Below, piece by piece: positions 1 through 10,293 of a DNA stretch of 64,000 nt. The notes below the pieces were generated by a model, which did no database searches, was not told where the DNA came from, and saw only the letters and a program-made list of their open reading frames with translations. The position numbers and the translations under genes were made by a program. Origin of the DNA: an uncultured Pseudomonadales bacterium (GTDB lineage: Bacteria > Patescibacteriota > Microgenomatia > UBA1400 > PJMF01); assembly GCA_964620965.1 (NCBI GenBank), contig CAZUHV010000003.1, forward strand, positions 162,093 through 226,092, written 5' to 3'. The stretch's first letter is position 1. The number at the start of each line of letters is the position of its first letter.

Positions 1-184
1 AGATTTTTAAATTCAAAACGCTTTTGTCGGAAAATGACAAACGTACTGGTGAATCGTTATTTCACAATAGCTGATTTTTTAATTTTATTTCTTACATATC
101 AAATGAGTAATGGATTAAAAAAAGCTAGTAAGGTTTTGGTAGAAAGTGCCAAAACGAATAAGGGTGGTACCGCTCAAGAGAAGA

Positions 185-238
185 GCCCCTTTTGCTTTTA
201 GACAGTTTTTCTGTTGGAGGCAAAAGGGGCTTTTTTAG
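185..238 (+). terminator. Hairpin plus T-run upstream of argS: a terminator of the upstream gene or an attenuator
   Basis: AGCCCCTTTT ... CAAAAGGGGCT inverted repeat followed by TTTTTT. The loop contains a GGAGG-like element. Confidence 0.4.
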
Positions 239-293
239 TCTAAATGAGTTAGTATTAAGTTTAAGAATAAATACAAAAGATAAGGCAAAAACT

Positions 294-2129
294 ATGAAAA
301 TCACAGAATTGTTGCAACAAGCAATACAAGAAGCACTTGCAGAATTACGTATTCAAACAGATCAAGAGTTAATATCTCAAGAACTAGAAATAGCCCTTGA
401 ATACCCAGCAGACAAGTCTCATGGAGATTTTGCAAGTAATATTGCTCTGGTTTTATTTGGAAAACTAAAAGGTCAACCAGGCTTTGCTGCAAATTCTCCT
501 CGAGAATTTGCAGAACAAATAGCAAACAAGCTAAAAGCAAAAAGAGTCGATGAGCTCAGTAAAATAGAGATCGCAGGTCCAGGGTTCATAAACTTTACAC
601 TTTCTGACGCGTTTTTGTTATCCAAAATGGGCTTACTTATTAAAAATCGTGGAGATGTACTAGAAAAGCTTGGTAACGGCAGAAAAATAGTCGCAGAATA
701 CTCTTCGCCAAATATTGCGAAACCATTTACAGTTGGGCATCTTCGATCAACTATTATTGGTGATGCACTCGCAAATATTTTTACAGCAATGGGATATGAA
801 GTTTTCAGAGATAACCACTTGGGAGATTGGGGAACTCAGTTTGGAAAACAGATTTACGCTATCAAAACTTGGGGGAGCGAGTCTGAAATAGAAAACTCAG
901 AAAACCCAGTCAAAGAACTTGTTAAACTTTATGTTAAGTTTCATGAAGAAGCAGAAAAGAATCCTCAGATAGAAGATGAGGGTAGAGCGTGGTTTACAAA
1001 GCTGGAAACTGGTGATCAAGAAGCCAGAAGACTTTGGGAAAAATGTATTACTTGGTCTTGGAAAGAGTTTGAAAAAATCTATAAATTACTCAATGTTACA
1101 TTCACAGAAAATAACGGTCGTGGGTATGGAGAATCGTTCTTTGAAGATAAGATGACTGCGATTGTTGATGAGCTACGACAAAAAGGCTTTTTAGAGGAAA
1201 GTAAGGGCGCACAGCTGGTTTTTTTCCCAGAAGATAAGTATCCACCTCTCATGATTTTGAAAAATGACGGTTCAACCTTGTATGCAACTCGAGATTTAGC
1301 CACTGATAAGTTCAGACGAGATAAGTATGGTTCTGATATCACTATCTTCAATGAGGTTGGTGCAGAGCAGAGTTTATATTTTCAACAACTCTTTGAGATT
1401 GAGCAGATGTTGGGTTGGTACAAACCTAATCAAAGAGTTCACGTTGGACATGGTTTAATCAGGTTTAAAGATAAAAAAATGTCTACAAGAAAAGGTAATG
1501 TTATTTGGCTTGAAGATGTGCTTCAAGAAGCATATTCAAGAGTAGCAGACATGAGCTCGGATTTAACTGAAGATGAGATCTGGAAAATCGCTGTAGGTGC
1601 CCTTAAATGGAATGACTTAAAGAGAAAAATGCATTTACCTATGGTCTTTGATTGGGATGAACTAACAAACATCAAAGGGAATAGTGGTCCATATATGCAG
1701 TATACCTATGTAAGGTGTCAGAGTGTCTTAGAAAAAGCTCAAAATGAGGGAATAGAAGCAGTTCTTACCAAGAATATTGGAGAAAATAATGAAGATGCTT
1801 TAAATATCATTGCAGAATGTTTTGATATATTACTTAATAATAAATCATATTTAAATTCTCAAATAAATATTGATGAGAAAAATATATTACGAAACCTTAA
1901 TAGATATTCTGATATAGTTGAGCTGTCGGCAACAGAATATGCTCCACACCACATTGCAATTTACTTGTACGAGCTTGCACAAAGCTTTAATACCTTTTAT
2001 GCGAACCACAAAATCATAGATACCAACGCTCAAACAACAGAGTTGCGGCTCGCAATTGTTACTGCAGTCGCTTTAGTAATCAAGCATGGACTTGGTTTGT
2101 TGGGAATTCAGACAGTAAAGAAGATGTAG
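294..2129 (+). CDS. argS: Arginyl-tRNA synthetase
   Basis: Class I HIGH region (PFTVGHLRS) and a C-terminal DALR-type anticodon-binding region. The likely start is Met35 of the track ORF (MKITELL) with an upstream AAGG. An N/I-rich low-complexity insertion lies near the C-terminus. Confidence 0.9.
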   Translation: MKITELLQQAIQEALAELRIQTDQELISQELEIALEYPADKSHGDFASNIALVLFGKLKGQPGFAANSPREFAEQIANKLKAKRVDELSKIEIAGPGFINFTLSDAFLLSKMGLLIKNRGDVLEKLGNGRKIVAEYSSPNIAKPFTVGHLRSTIIGDALANIFTAMGYEVFRDNHLGDWGTQFGKQIYAIKTWGSESEIENSENPVKELVKLYVKFHEEAEKNPQIEDEGRAWFTKLETGDQEARRLWEKCITWSWKEFEKIYKLLNVTFTENNGRGYGESFFEDKMTAIVDELRQKGFLEESKGAQLVFFPEDKYPPLMILKNDGSTLYATRDLATDKFRRDKYGSDITIFNEVGAEQSLYFQQLFEIEQMLGWYKPNQRVHVGHGLIRFKDKKMSTRKGNVIWLEDVLQEAYSRVADMSSDLTEDEIWKIAVGALKWNDLKRKMHLPMVFDWDELTNIKGNSGPYMQYTYVRCQSVLEKAQNEGIEAVLTKNIGENNEDALNIIAECFDILLNNKSYLNSQINIDEKNILRNLNRYSDIVELSATEYAPHHIAIYLYELAQSFNTFYANHKIIDTNAQTTELRLAIVTAVALVIKHGLGLLGIQTVKKM

Positions 2130-2144
2130 GTGAATTACAGAATT

Positions 2145-2786
2145 TTATTTGGTTTGTTTGACTTGCTCAAATTTCTCGAGTGATTCTGACAGAACTTCTC
2201 TATTAGCATTGAAACCGTTGGCTACAACTGCCGATTTTTTTCTATTTCTTCTAGATATTCTTGATTCTTGTTGCAAAATTGATTCAATTATTATTTTTAA
2301 AAACTGAGCATCTCTTTTGCCAATCTCATACATAGTTTTAAACTCTGGAACATCTAGCATGTTTCTGATTGGATATGCTTTTCCAACATGAGTCTTAAAC
2401 TGGTGATAGAGTACTTTCATGATTGGGGCAATTAACTCTGGTTTCTTTGTAAGTAGCTTAGTAATAATAGAAGTAGGGATAGCCATCCAGACTTCTACTT
2501 TTTCATTTCCAGTATCTACAAAGATAAAAAGCTTTGGATTAATTAGATCATGGACATTTTCATAATTGAGCAGTTCATACACATGACCCTCGTTTAAAAT
2601 AACTTGATTTTTTTGTCTGTCAACTAATTGTTCTCTGGTGTAAACAGTTTTATCGATTCTTCTTGCATATTTTTCGCTATTTCTTTTAAATTTATCTGGC
2701 AGAATCTTACCAATTGGTTGCACGTAGTCAAAACCAGAAGGACTTGTATTTGGATTGGTCTCTTTTGAAAATGCAAATAGTTTCAT
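2145..2786 (-). CDS. Hypothetical protein (213 aa, basic C-terminus)
   Basis: Long ORF with no recognisable motif. Confidence 0.5.
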   Translation of the reverse strand: MKLFAFSKETNPNTSPSGFDYVQPIGKILPDKFKRNSEKYARRIDKTVYTREQLVDRQKNQVILNEGHVYELLNYENVHDLINPKLFIFVDTGNEKVEVWMAIPTSIITKLLTKKPELIAPIMKVLYHQFKTHVGKAYPIRNMLDVPEFKTMYEIGKRDAQFLKIIIESILQQESRISRRNRKKSAVVANGFNANREVLSESLEKFEQVKQTK

Positions 2787-2932
2787 GTAATCCTTTCATA
2801 AAGCTATATAGAGTGTCTCCATGAAGATTGAAATTATACACACTCAATGTGTATAAAAAAGTGTCAAAATAATGAATGAGCGTTAATCGAAGCTGAAATC
2901 TGCAATAGGATACCTGCTTTTTTAGAGGTATA

Positions 2933-4243
2933 ATGCTTCCCATGCTTACATATATTTACACAAAACTCCCTTCAGGATTACAAGTTATTAGAATTCCAAT
3001 GCCAGAGGTTAAATCAGTCACTGTTTTGGCTTTGGCAAACACGGGTTCAAGGTATGAAACTCCAAAAGAACAGGGTATTGCCCACTTTTTTGAGCACATT
3101 GTTTTTAAAGGAACAAAAAATTACCCTGATGCGCAAGTTTTGGCTGGTGCAATCGATGCAATTGGAGCAGACTTTAATGCTTTTACCAGTAAAGAATACA
3201 CAGGATACTATGTTAAATCAGCAAGTGAACATATTACAACCTCTTTAGATGTTGTTTCAGACATGTTGTTAGCTCCAAAGATACTTCAAGAAGATATAGA
3301 TCGAGAAAAAAATGTCATTATTGAAGAAATAAATATGTACGAAGATACTCCAATGCGTCAAATTGGAAATCTTTTTGAAGGTTTGGTTTATGACGGATCC
3401 GGTTTAGGACATGATATTTTAGGTACAAAAGAAACTGTTTCTAGTATTAAAAGTGCAGATTTTAGAAAATTTTTAAAGAAATGGTATGGCTTGGGGAATC
3501 TAGTTTTGATTGTTTCTGGAGATGCAAGCATTGTTGAATCAGATAGGACTTTAGATTTAATAAAAAAATACTTTAGCAAAGACGCTGGTGAAAGAGAAGT
3601 TAATCGAGTTGATACAAAAGCAATTGCAGACAAAGAACTCAAACTCTCTCAAGAAAAACTATTGGTTACTTACAAAAAAACAGAACAAGCACATTTGTGT
3701 ATGGGGTGGCTTGGTCTCGAAAGAGAAGACGACAGAAGATATGCCCTTACGTTATTGAGTACAGTTCTTGGTGCAAACATGAGCTCCAGACTTTTTACTG
3801 AAATCAGAGAGAAACGTGGGCTTTGTTACTATGTGCATTCCGACACTGATTTTTACCACAACACAGGAATTTTCGGAGCTTCAGCAGGTGTTGATCCAAG
3901 TAGAATTGAAGAAGCAATTACTGTAATGCTCGAGGAATTTTATAGCCTCATAGATGGAACTAAACCAGTTACAGCAGAAGAGCTTAAAAAAGCAAAAGAC
4001 TATGTCGCTGGATCAATGGTTTTGGGGTTAGAGGATTCCAGAAGTGTTGCTCAGTTTTTTGGAATGAAACAGTTACTCTCAGGAGAAATAAAATCTCCAA
4101 CAGAGGTTTTGACGGAGTTTGAGAAAGTCACTTTGAAAGAAGTTAACGATATTGCAAAAGAGTTAATTAAGAAAGGTGAGTGTAGATTGGCTGTGATTGG
4201 GCCTTACAAAGAAAAAAAGAAGTTTGCTGATTTGATCAAGTAA
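2933..4243 (+). CDS. M16 (pitrilysin/insulinase) family zinc peptidase
   Basis: Inverted zinc motif HFFEH-IVFKGT (HxxEH) near the N-terminus; length is typical of M16B. GAGG lies 5 nt upstream of the ATG. Confidence 0.8.
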   Translation: MLPMLTYIYTKLPSGLQVIRIPMPEVKSVTVLALANTGSRYETPKEQGIAHFFEHIVFKGTKNYPDAQVLAGAIDAIGADFNAFTSKEYTGYYVKSASEHITTSLDVVSDMLLAPKILQEDIDREKNVIIEEINMYEDTPMRQIGNLFEGLVYDGSGLGHDILGTKETVSSIKSADFRKFLKKWYGLGNLVLIVSGDASIVESDRTLDLIKKYFSKDAGEREVNRVDTKAIADKELKLSQEKLLVTYKKTEQAHLCMGWLGLEREDDRRYALTLLSTVLGANMSSRLFTEIREKRGLCYYVHSDTDFYHNTGIFGASAGVDPSRIEEAITVMLEEFYSLIDGTKPVTAEELKKAKDYVAGSMVLGLEDSRSVAQFFGMKQLLSGEIKSPTEVLTEFEKVTLKEVNDIAKELIKKGECRLAVIGPYKEKKKFADLIK

Positions 4244-4328
4244 TGATACTCGAAAAATGATAAAATAGTCTTTCTATCATACATAATAAATTTAGTAAAT
4301 TAAAAGTATAAAGTATAAAAAGGAAATT

Positions 4329-4811
4329 ATGAAAACAGCACGAACAGCAGTTTTAGTTAAGCCAGATGGCTTACAAAGAGGATTGATTGGAGAAATTATC
4401 TCAAGATTCGAGAGAAAAGGTCTTAAATTGATTGGCCTTAAAATGCTTAACATGTCTGATGAACAACTCTCAGATTGGTATGCAGAACATAAAGACAAAA
4501 GTTTCTTTGGAGATCTCAAGTCTTTCATGGGTTCTATGCCAATTGTTGCTATGGTCTGGGAAGGTATTGATGCAGTTCCAGTCGTAAGAAAACTCGTTGG
4601 AACTACTCTTGGTAGAGAAGCAGAAGGTGGATCTATTCGAGGTGACTTTGGAATGAGCCAACAGTTTAATCTTATTCATGCCTCAGCAAATGGGGATGAT
4701 GCAGAACGAGAAATCAAGATAGTTTTTGAAGATGCAGAACTTTTTGACTATGTAGGCGTTATGGACACTGTTATCTATGCAGACTATGAGCTTGCTAAGA
4801 TGAAAGAGTAA
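4329..4811 (+). CDS. ndk: Nucleoside diphosphate kinase
   Basis: NDK fold motifs (VLVKPDG, NLIHASAN active-site His region). AAAAGGAAA RBS. Confidence 0.9.
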   Translation: MKTARTAVLVKPDGLQRGLIGEIISRFERKGLKLIGLKMLNMSDEQLSDWYAEHKDKSFFGDLKSFMGSMPIVAMVWEGIDAVPVVRKLVGTTLGREAEGGSIRGDFGMSQQFNLIHASANGDDAEREIKIVFEDAELFDYVGVMDTVIYADYELAKMKE

Positions 4812-4855
4812 TAAATGTTGCTAAGTTTTTTAACTTGCTAAATTTAGTTTTAAAA

Positions 4856-4890
4856 TCAAAAATCGCTCGAGTAAAATTGGGCGATTTTTT
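4856..4890. terminator. Bidirectional rho-independent terminator between ndk and tRNA-Arg
   Basis: AAAATCGC-loop-GCGATTTT hairpin flanked by an A-run and a T-run. Confidence 0.6.
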
Positions 4891-4909
4891 GTATTTCTTA
4901 CAAAATTTG

Positions 4910-4981
4910 TGCCCCCACCAGGAATCGAACCTGAAGTTGCCGCTTAGGAGGCGGCCGTTTTATCCATTGAACTATAGGGGC
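4910..4981 (-). tRNA. tRNA-Arg (anticodon CCT)
   Basis: The reverse complement folds as a cloverleaf: GCCCCTA acceptor, GTTCGATTC T-arm, and anticodon loop CUCCUAA giving CCT. CCA is not encoded. Confidence 0.85.
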
Positions 4982-5155
4982 GTTATAGCTAGTGTTTTCT
5001 CAAACAGTTTTATTACACATTGCGGAATCACTTTTTGCAATGCGATAATAGCTGTACGCTACAAGGTATTCTACCAAACATGCCTGGCATATTAAATACA
5101 CATAGGTTTTTTTAGCTTATGCTGATACTATGTGCAGTGGTCAGAAGGGGAGAAT

Positions 5156-6376
5156 ATGGTTCGTACAACGAAAAAAACTGTAAGAAAACCTAAAAAAGTG
5201 GGTGGGGCTGTTCCTTCAAAAAATCAAAAAAAAAGCCCTAATAAAAAAGTTCCTGCAAACGCCCGTATCAAGGCACAGACTCCAAAAGATAGAACTCAAC
5301 TTAATTCAATTTACCTTTCTTCAGTGTTTGTAAGGCCAGATGAAACGCCTTTTTGGGAATTTTTGAAGAACGCGAACATTCCATTTTTTAAGAAACATTT
5401 CCCATTTTTAACAAACAACCAGATTCCTCAAATAAAGCAGGTTTTTGATTTTTCTGACTATATACGCATCGGATCGCGTGGAGAGGCTCTTTCGTACCTA
5501 TACAACGGCTTTGGCAAGGCATTAAACTATGTTGGTCCAGTCTTAGATCTTGAGTTAGAGCATGGTTTTAATGATCACACTGATCGCCACACGCTTTGGG
5601 TAACTCAGACAGGTGTTGAGCTGTTGCAAAGAGCTGGGATTTCTTATGATGGATCTGGGCATTATGATCCGTTAACAGAAACAATGATGACTTTAGTTGG
5701 TATGACCCATGATTTGGGTAATTTTTTCTCTAGAAAAGAACATTCAACATATAGCGCTTGGTTGCTTACCAGGCTATTTTCAAACACTAAAAAACATCCA
5801 AAAGAGTTTGAAACTGTATTACATTCAATTTTATTTCACGAAGAACCAACTTTAGTGAATCTGGGAATGAATATCGAGGACGGCACACCACTACAGTGGG
5901 CTTTGGTTGCTGCAGATAAGATGCATGTTGGCAGAGATAGAGTGGGAGGGCGTTCATTTGAGAGTGGAATTGCTAAAGGTGCACTCGAGGATGATATTCA
6001 TATTGTTTTAAATGCGTTAGTCGTTCGATCTAGCTGGCATTTGGGAGTTCGTAAGTTTGTTTGGAACCTTGATTTTAGTGTGGATCAACTTGAGGAAAAA
6101 TTTGAAAGTTTTACAACAGGCAATCAAAGGTTATATCTTCCAAAGTTTTTCCAGAAAATGTTTATTAGTAAGGGAACCTTATATCGAGAGTCATTCTCGA
6201 AATTATTTACTGATATTTATAAAAATCGTATTGAATTGGCGGCGAAATGTGTGTTTTTACTATTTCCTCATATTTCTGAATTTGTTGTCGAGTTGTCAGA
6301 CAATGATACAAGGGCAAAAGTGGGTAGTGGCAGGATGACAGTGGTGACTTTAACGAGAAAACAAGTATTTCTTTAG
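5156..6376 (+). CDS. Hypothetical protein with a Lys-rich N-terminal tail and a possible HD-domain phosphohydrolase core
   Basis: Start moved to MVRTTKK, which has AGGGGAG 5 nt upstream. H...DH...HD (MTHDLG) spacing resembles an HD domain but is unverified. Confidence 0.45.
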   Translation: MVRTTKKTVRKPKKVGGAVPSKNQKKSPNKKVPANARIKAQTPKDRTQLNSIYLSSVFVRPDETPFWEFLKNANIPFFKKHFPFLTNNQIPQIKQVFDFSDYIRIGSRGEALSYLYNGFGKALNYVGPVLDLELEHGFNDHTDRHTLWVTQTGVELLQRAGISYDGSGHYDPLTETMMTLVGMTHDLGNFFSRKEHSTYSAWLLTRLFSNTKKHPKEFETVLHSILFHEEPTLVNLGMNIEDGTPLQWALVAADKMHVGRDRVGGRSFESGIAKGALEDDIHIVLNALVVRSSWHLGVRKFVWNLDFSVDQLEEKFESFTTGNQRLYLPKFFQKMFISKGTLYRESFSKLFTDIYKNRIELAAKCVFLLFPHISEFVVELSDNDTRAKVGSGRMTVVTLTRKQVFL

Positions 6377-6377
6377 T

Positions 6378-7727
6378 CTACTTCTTCAACTCAAGCGCGT
6401 ACAAATTCAATGGAGCATCTGGGCTGAAACTTGTAAGAATTACGATTCTATCTCCATTTGGCCATGGATAGGTGAAGCTATTTGCAAATGGGCCAGAGTA
6501 AAGGGTTGTTAAGTTAGTTCTGTCATATTCCATGATTTTAATAGTAGAGTCTTCAACAAAAATTAAGTGTTTTGAATCTGGAAACCATTGCAAAGTATCT
6601 GCAAATGCACTCGAATGGTAAACATTAAAGTTATCTGCAGTTTGGGCACTGACAGTAGCTTGTAAAGTCTGGAATGCGCTAGGTGAAGCACTCAAAAGTG
6701 GTGAGTTTTTATCTAAAATATCTTGTGCTAACAAGACTTTATCTGCGGCTTGTGCGCTTTGGGAAGCTTCTGTTCCTACTCTAAAGTTTCTGTCTTCTTC
6801 TCGGTCATAAACATAAATGCCGCCAACCGACAGTGTTCGTTCTTCTTCTTGAGTGTTGCTTGCAGGAATTGGAGGGATAAGTTCGTCAGGAAGTGTTGTT
6901 TCTGCAATTGCGGTATATAAAATTCGTTTTTTATCTGGAGAGATATAAACATTTTTTGCACTTGTAGTTGCAAGCTCAATAACTTCTGGAGGGAATTTTG
7001 AGTAGTTTTCTCTTTCTCTTAAGTACATTTCTTGTTCCCATTCAGAAAGAATTTGTTTTTTTCTGAAGGTAATATCTGTAAGAGTATCGAGTGTGTTTAA
7101 TTTGTTGATATCTAAGAGAACTTCACGATTGTTAGAAATAAGGATGACCTCACTACTGTCTGGTGCCCAGATGAATTTAGCAGTTTCTAGATCAAAATTG
7201 AAAGATTCATCACTGATTTGTCTAGGTTCTTTTTGAAAGGTGAATGCATTATTTGAAAGTTCAAGTAAATAAAGTCCGTTTTTGCGTTCGCTCGTGTTGG
7301 AATGAGCATAGAAAATAATTTTTTGACCATCTGGAGATGGAGAAAGGTTCAAAGCTCCATTGAAAGTGAGAGTTGTTAAGCTTGGAGCTTTTGGGAACAG
7401 AGTTGCATTAGTTTGGACTACAAGTTCTTTTTCTATTCTGACTCTTTTTTTCCAGGAATTATAACCATCTTTTACGATCTCAATTTCGTATTCTCCAGGT
7501 TCAAGATACATAGTATCGTCTGTTGCTGTGATGAGTTTTCCGTCGATTATGACTTCTGCGGCCGTTGGAAATGAGTTTGCAGAAAGAAGTCCGGTTCCCT
7601 GTACAAAACCTTTATCTGTGAATCTGAAGTTGCCTTTTGCATATTGAATTGCGATTGCAGTACCGATTAAGATTGCAAAGGCTGAAAGCATTGTGTATAA
7701 AAAGCGTTTATTGACCTTAGACTTCAT
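6378..7727 (-). CDS. Membrane-anchored protein with a PEGA domain plus TolB-like beta-propeller repeats
   Basis: N-terminal TM helix; a PEGA-like segment (LEPGEYEIEIVKDGYNSWKKRVRI); repeated WAPDS/YISPD/WFPDS propeller-like motifs. Confidence 0.55.
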   Translation of the reverse strand: MKSKVNKRFLYTMLSAFAILIGTAIAIQYAKGNFRFTDKGFVQGTGLLSANSFPTAAEVIIDGKLITATDDTMYLEPGEYEIEIVKDGYNSWKKRVRIEKELVVQTNATLFPKAPSLTTLTFNGALNLSPSPDGQKIIFYAHSNTSERKNGLYLLELSNNAFTFQKEPRQISDESFNFDLETAKFIWAPDSSEVILISNNREVLLDINKLNTLDTLTDITFRKKQILSEWEQEMYLRERENYSKFPPEVIELATTSAKNVYISPDKKRILYTAIAETTLPDELIPPIPASNTQEEERTLSVGGIYVYDREEDRNFRVGTEASQSAQAADKVLLAQDILDKNSPLLSASPSAFQTLQATVSAQTADNFNVYHSSAFADTLQWFPDSKHLIFVEDSTIKIMEYDRTNLTTLYSGPFANSFTYPWPNGDRIVILTSFSPDAPLNLYALELKK

Positions 7728-7769
7728 ACAGGTATTATAGACTTAATAAAAGCTAAAGACTAGAGCAGT

Positions 7770-8795
7770 ATGCATATCCCATTTATCGATAAGCTGAATA
7801 AAAAAATAGGTATAGACTTGGGTACATCTCGTGTTCGCATTTGGGTTATGGGTTCTGGAGTGGTTGTTGATGAAGCGACATGTATTGCGTTTGATAAAAA
7901 AACAAAGAATATTCTTGCAGTTGGTGAGGCTGCTGTAGAAATGGATGGAAGAGTAGGGGATCATATTGAAGTTTCCTATCCTGTTGTTAATGGAAAAATC
8001 TATGATGAGGTTGCGGTTACAACGTTACTAAAGATTTTGTTGAATCAGGCGATTGGTTCTATTGCACTGTATAACCCAATTATTATGGCATCTGTTCCTG
8101 TGGGAGCTACGCAAGCAGATAGAGAAATAATGACGCAAGTTTTGTATGCACTTGGTGCAGGAGAAACGTACACTATTGCGCAACCCCTAGCTGCAGGGAT
8201 TGGTGCTGGGGTGCCCATTGCAGATGCTTCTGGAAGTTTTATTTTGCACATGGGAGCAGGAGTTGTTGAAGGAGTTGTTATTTCTTTAGGAAGTGTGATT
8301 GTTTCTCAGTCAAGTGAGTATGCGGGTAACTATATTAGCAATGGTATGCGAATTTTTATACAAAAAAATCTGGATCTCAAGATTAGTAAAAGAACAGCAA
8401 GTGATTTAAAGAAAACAGTTGTTTCTTTGGAGTATAACTCTGATAGAGAAAAATTGGTTGCAGGGCAGGATGTTGTTGATGAAAATCCTAAAGAGGTTTT
8501 GATTAAAAGTAGAGATTTGCTGGATTATACTTTGAATTACTTAGGCAAAGTTGAAGACGTTGTGGTGCGTTTGTTATCAAAAATGCCTTCAGAACTTGCA
8601 GTTGATGTGATTGATAAAGGGTTGTTATTGACTGGTGGAACAGCTCAGTTACATGCTATTGAAGCGTTTTTTGTAGAAAAACTTGGAATTCCAGTTTCTG
8701 TGGTGGACAATTCCGAACAGACAACAATCAATGGTATTGGCCAAGCTTTGGAGCACTTAGATCTATTTAAGAAAAGTTTGGGATATCAGGAGTAA
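7770..8795 (+). CDS. mreB: MreB-like actin-family protein (paralog 1, standalone)
   Basis: IGIDLGTS phosphate-1 motif, GAGVVEGVVISLG, LTGGTAQL. It is divergent from canonical MreB. Confidence 0.7.
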   Translation: MHIPFIDKLNKKIGIDLGTSRVRIWVMGSGVVVDEATCIAFDKKTKNILAVGEAAVEMDGRVGDHIEVSYPVVNGKIYDEVAVTTLLKILLNQAIGSIALYNPIIMASVPVGATQADREIMTQVLYALGAGETYTIAQPLAAGIGAGVPIADASGSFILHMGAGVVEGVVISLGSVIVSQSSEYAGNYISNGMRIFIQKNLDLKISKRTASDLKKTVVSLEYNSDREKLVAGQDVVDENPKEVLIKSRDLLDYTLNYLGKVEDVVVRLLSKMPSELAVDVIDKGLLLTGGTAQLHAIEAFFVEKLGIPVSVVDNSEQTTINGIGQALEHLDLFKKSLGYQE

Positions 8796-8844
8796 AAATT
8801 AGAAACGTATTTTGGAGCAGGTAAATATGTTTTTTTTGGAATCT

Positions 8845-10287
8845 TTAACCTAGTGCAACAAATTTTCTGAACTGATCTCCACGATCTTGGTAGTTTTCGA
8901 ACAAGTTGAAACTTGCGCTTGCAGGACTCATTAACACAACATCTCCTTCTTGAGAGTGATCTTTTGCAATTTGCACTGCTTGTTGCATAGAAGAAACTTG
9001 AGTATAGGTAATTTCTCCCATGTTATTAGAAATTCGCTTTTCAACTTCTTCTAAAATGATCTCACCTGTATCTGGGAGAAGGATTAAATGTTTGATTTGA
9101 TGATCAATAATTACTTGAGCGAGCTCTGAGTAGTCTAGACCTCGATCAAAACCACCTGCTATAAGAATAATTGGATTATTTTTAAAGCTTTCGATTGCGG
9201 CAATTGTTGCAACAGGAGTAGTAGAGAGTGAGTCGTTGTAGTAAGAAACTCCGTTAACTACTTGTACAAGTTCAAGTCTATGAGGCAGTGTTTTGAAGCT
9301 TTGCAGAGCTGAAGCTACAGCGGTAGTTTCTAGACCTAGTTGTTTGGCAATGACGACAGCTGGAAGAGCATTAGTGATTGTATGTTTTCCGATGAGGTTG
9401 ACTGTATCAAGATCAACGATTTGTTCTCCGTTGTAGGTAATCCAGTTGTTGTGAATGTTTCTTTCGTAACTAAAGTTGAGTTGTTGTGCATCTCCCATGT
9501 GCGCAATTTTTTTTGGAATGTACGAATGGGATTCAAGAACTGCAAAGTCGGCGTCAGACTGGAACATACAAATATGTGCTTTTGCTTTTACATATGCATC
9601 AAATGTTTTGTAGTAATCTAAATGTTCTGGGGTGACATCTAATATAACTGCATAGTTTGGACTTTGTTGTGCATCATTAAGTTGATGACAAGATAGTTCT
9701 AGAACAGCAAAAACTGGAAATCCAGAGGAATTTCTTTCTGCTGTATCGATAATTGGATCGATCAGTGAAAGGGGAGCAATTCCAATATTGCCGCCCAGAA
9801 ACGCGTGTAGTCCTGCACTAGAAAGTACATGCGCGATAATTGCAGTTGTGGTACTTTTTCCTTTTGTACCAGTTATTCCAATCGTTTTGACTTTTTGTTG
9901 TTCACTTGGAAGATTGGAATTAATAAGGTCTATTACAGTAAAAAAGAGATTGGTATTCGAGGTGATATTTGCTTGAAGTTCTTCTGCCTGCTTGAGTAAC
10001 TTGTTGTGGAGTGGGATGCCTGGTGTTTTAAAAATAATAACTCCATCTGCAGAGAGTAATTCTGAGTGTTGTAGATGATTTATGAATGTTGCGTTGCTGT
10101 CTGTGTTGCTAATTGTATGCCAAACCTCATCTAGGTTCGCGATGCTTTTTTCATCAACAAGCCAAAGATTTTTTTCTGGAAGATACTTTCTTAAGAATTC
10201 ATATGTTGAGTGTCCCTCACGACCAAGCCCAAGTATAACGATTTCTTTATCTTGGAGTTGCTGTAGGTAATCATAAATTTGATGCAT
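8845..10287 (-). CDS. murD: UDP-N-acetylmuramoylalanine--D-glutamate ligase (MurD or MurD2-type)
   Basis: N-terminal Rossmann IVILGLGREGHS and Mur-ligase P-loop GITGTKGKSTTT. The length is right for MurD. Confidence 0.85.
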   Translation of the reverse strand: MHQIYDYLQQLQDKEIVILGLGREGHSTYEFLRKYLPEKNLWLVDEKSIANLDEVWHTISNTDSNATFINHLQHSELLSADGVIIFKTPGIPLHNKLLKQAEELQANITSNTNLFFTVIDLINSNLPSEQQKVKTIGITGTKGKSTTTAIIAHVLSSAGLHAFLGGNIGIAPLSLIDPIIDTAERNSSGFPVFAVLELSCHQLNDAQQSPNYAVILDVTPEHLDYYKTFDAYVKAKAHICMFQSDADFAVLESHSYIPKKIAHMGDAQQLNFSYERNIHNNWITYNGEQIVDLDTVNLIGKHTITNALPAVVIAKQLGLETTAVASALQSFKTLPHRLELVQVVNGVSYYNDSLSTTPVATIAAIESFKNNPIILIAGGFDRGLDYSELAQVIIDHQIKHLILLPDTGEIILEEVEKRISNNMGEITYTQVSSMQQAVQIAKDHSQEGDVVLMSPASASFNLFENYQDRGDQFRKFVALG

Positions 10288-10293
10288 AGTTTT

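Noticed and set aside
4835-5095. 86-aa plus-strand ORF
   Set aside because: It overlaps the minus-strand tRNA-Arg(CCT) gene and its terminator; the translation is low complexity.
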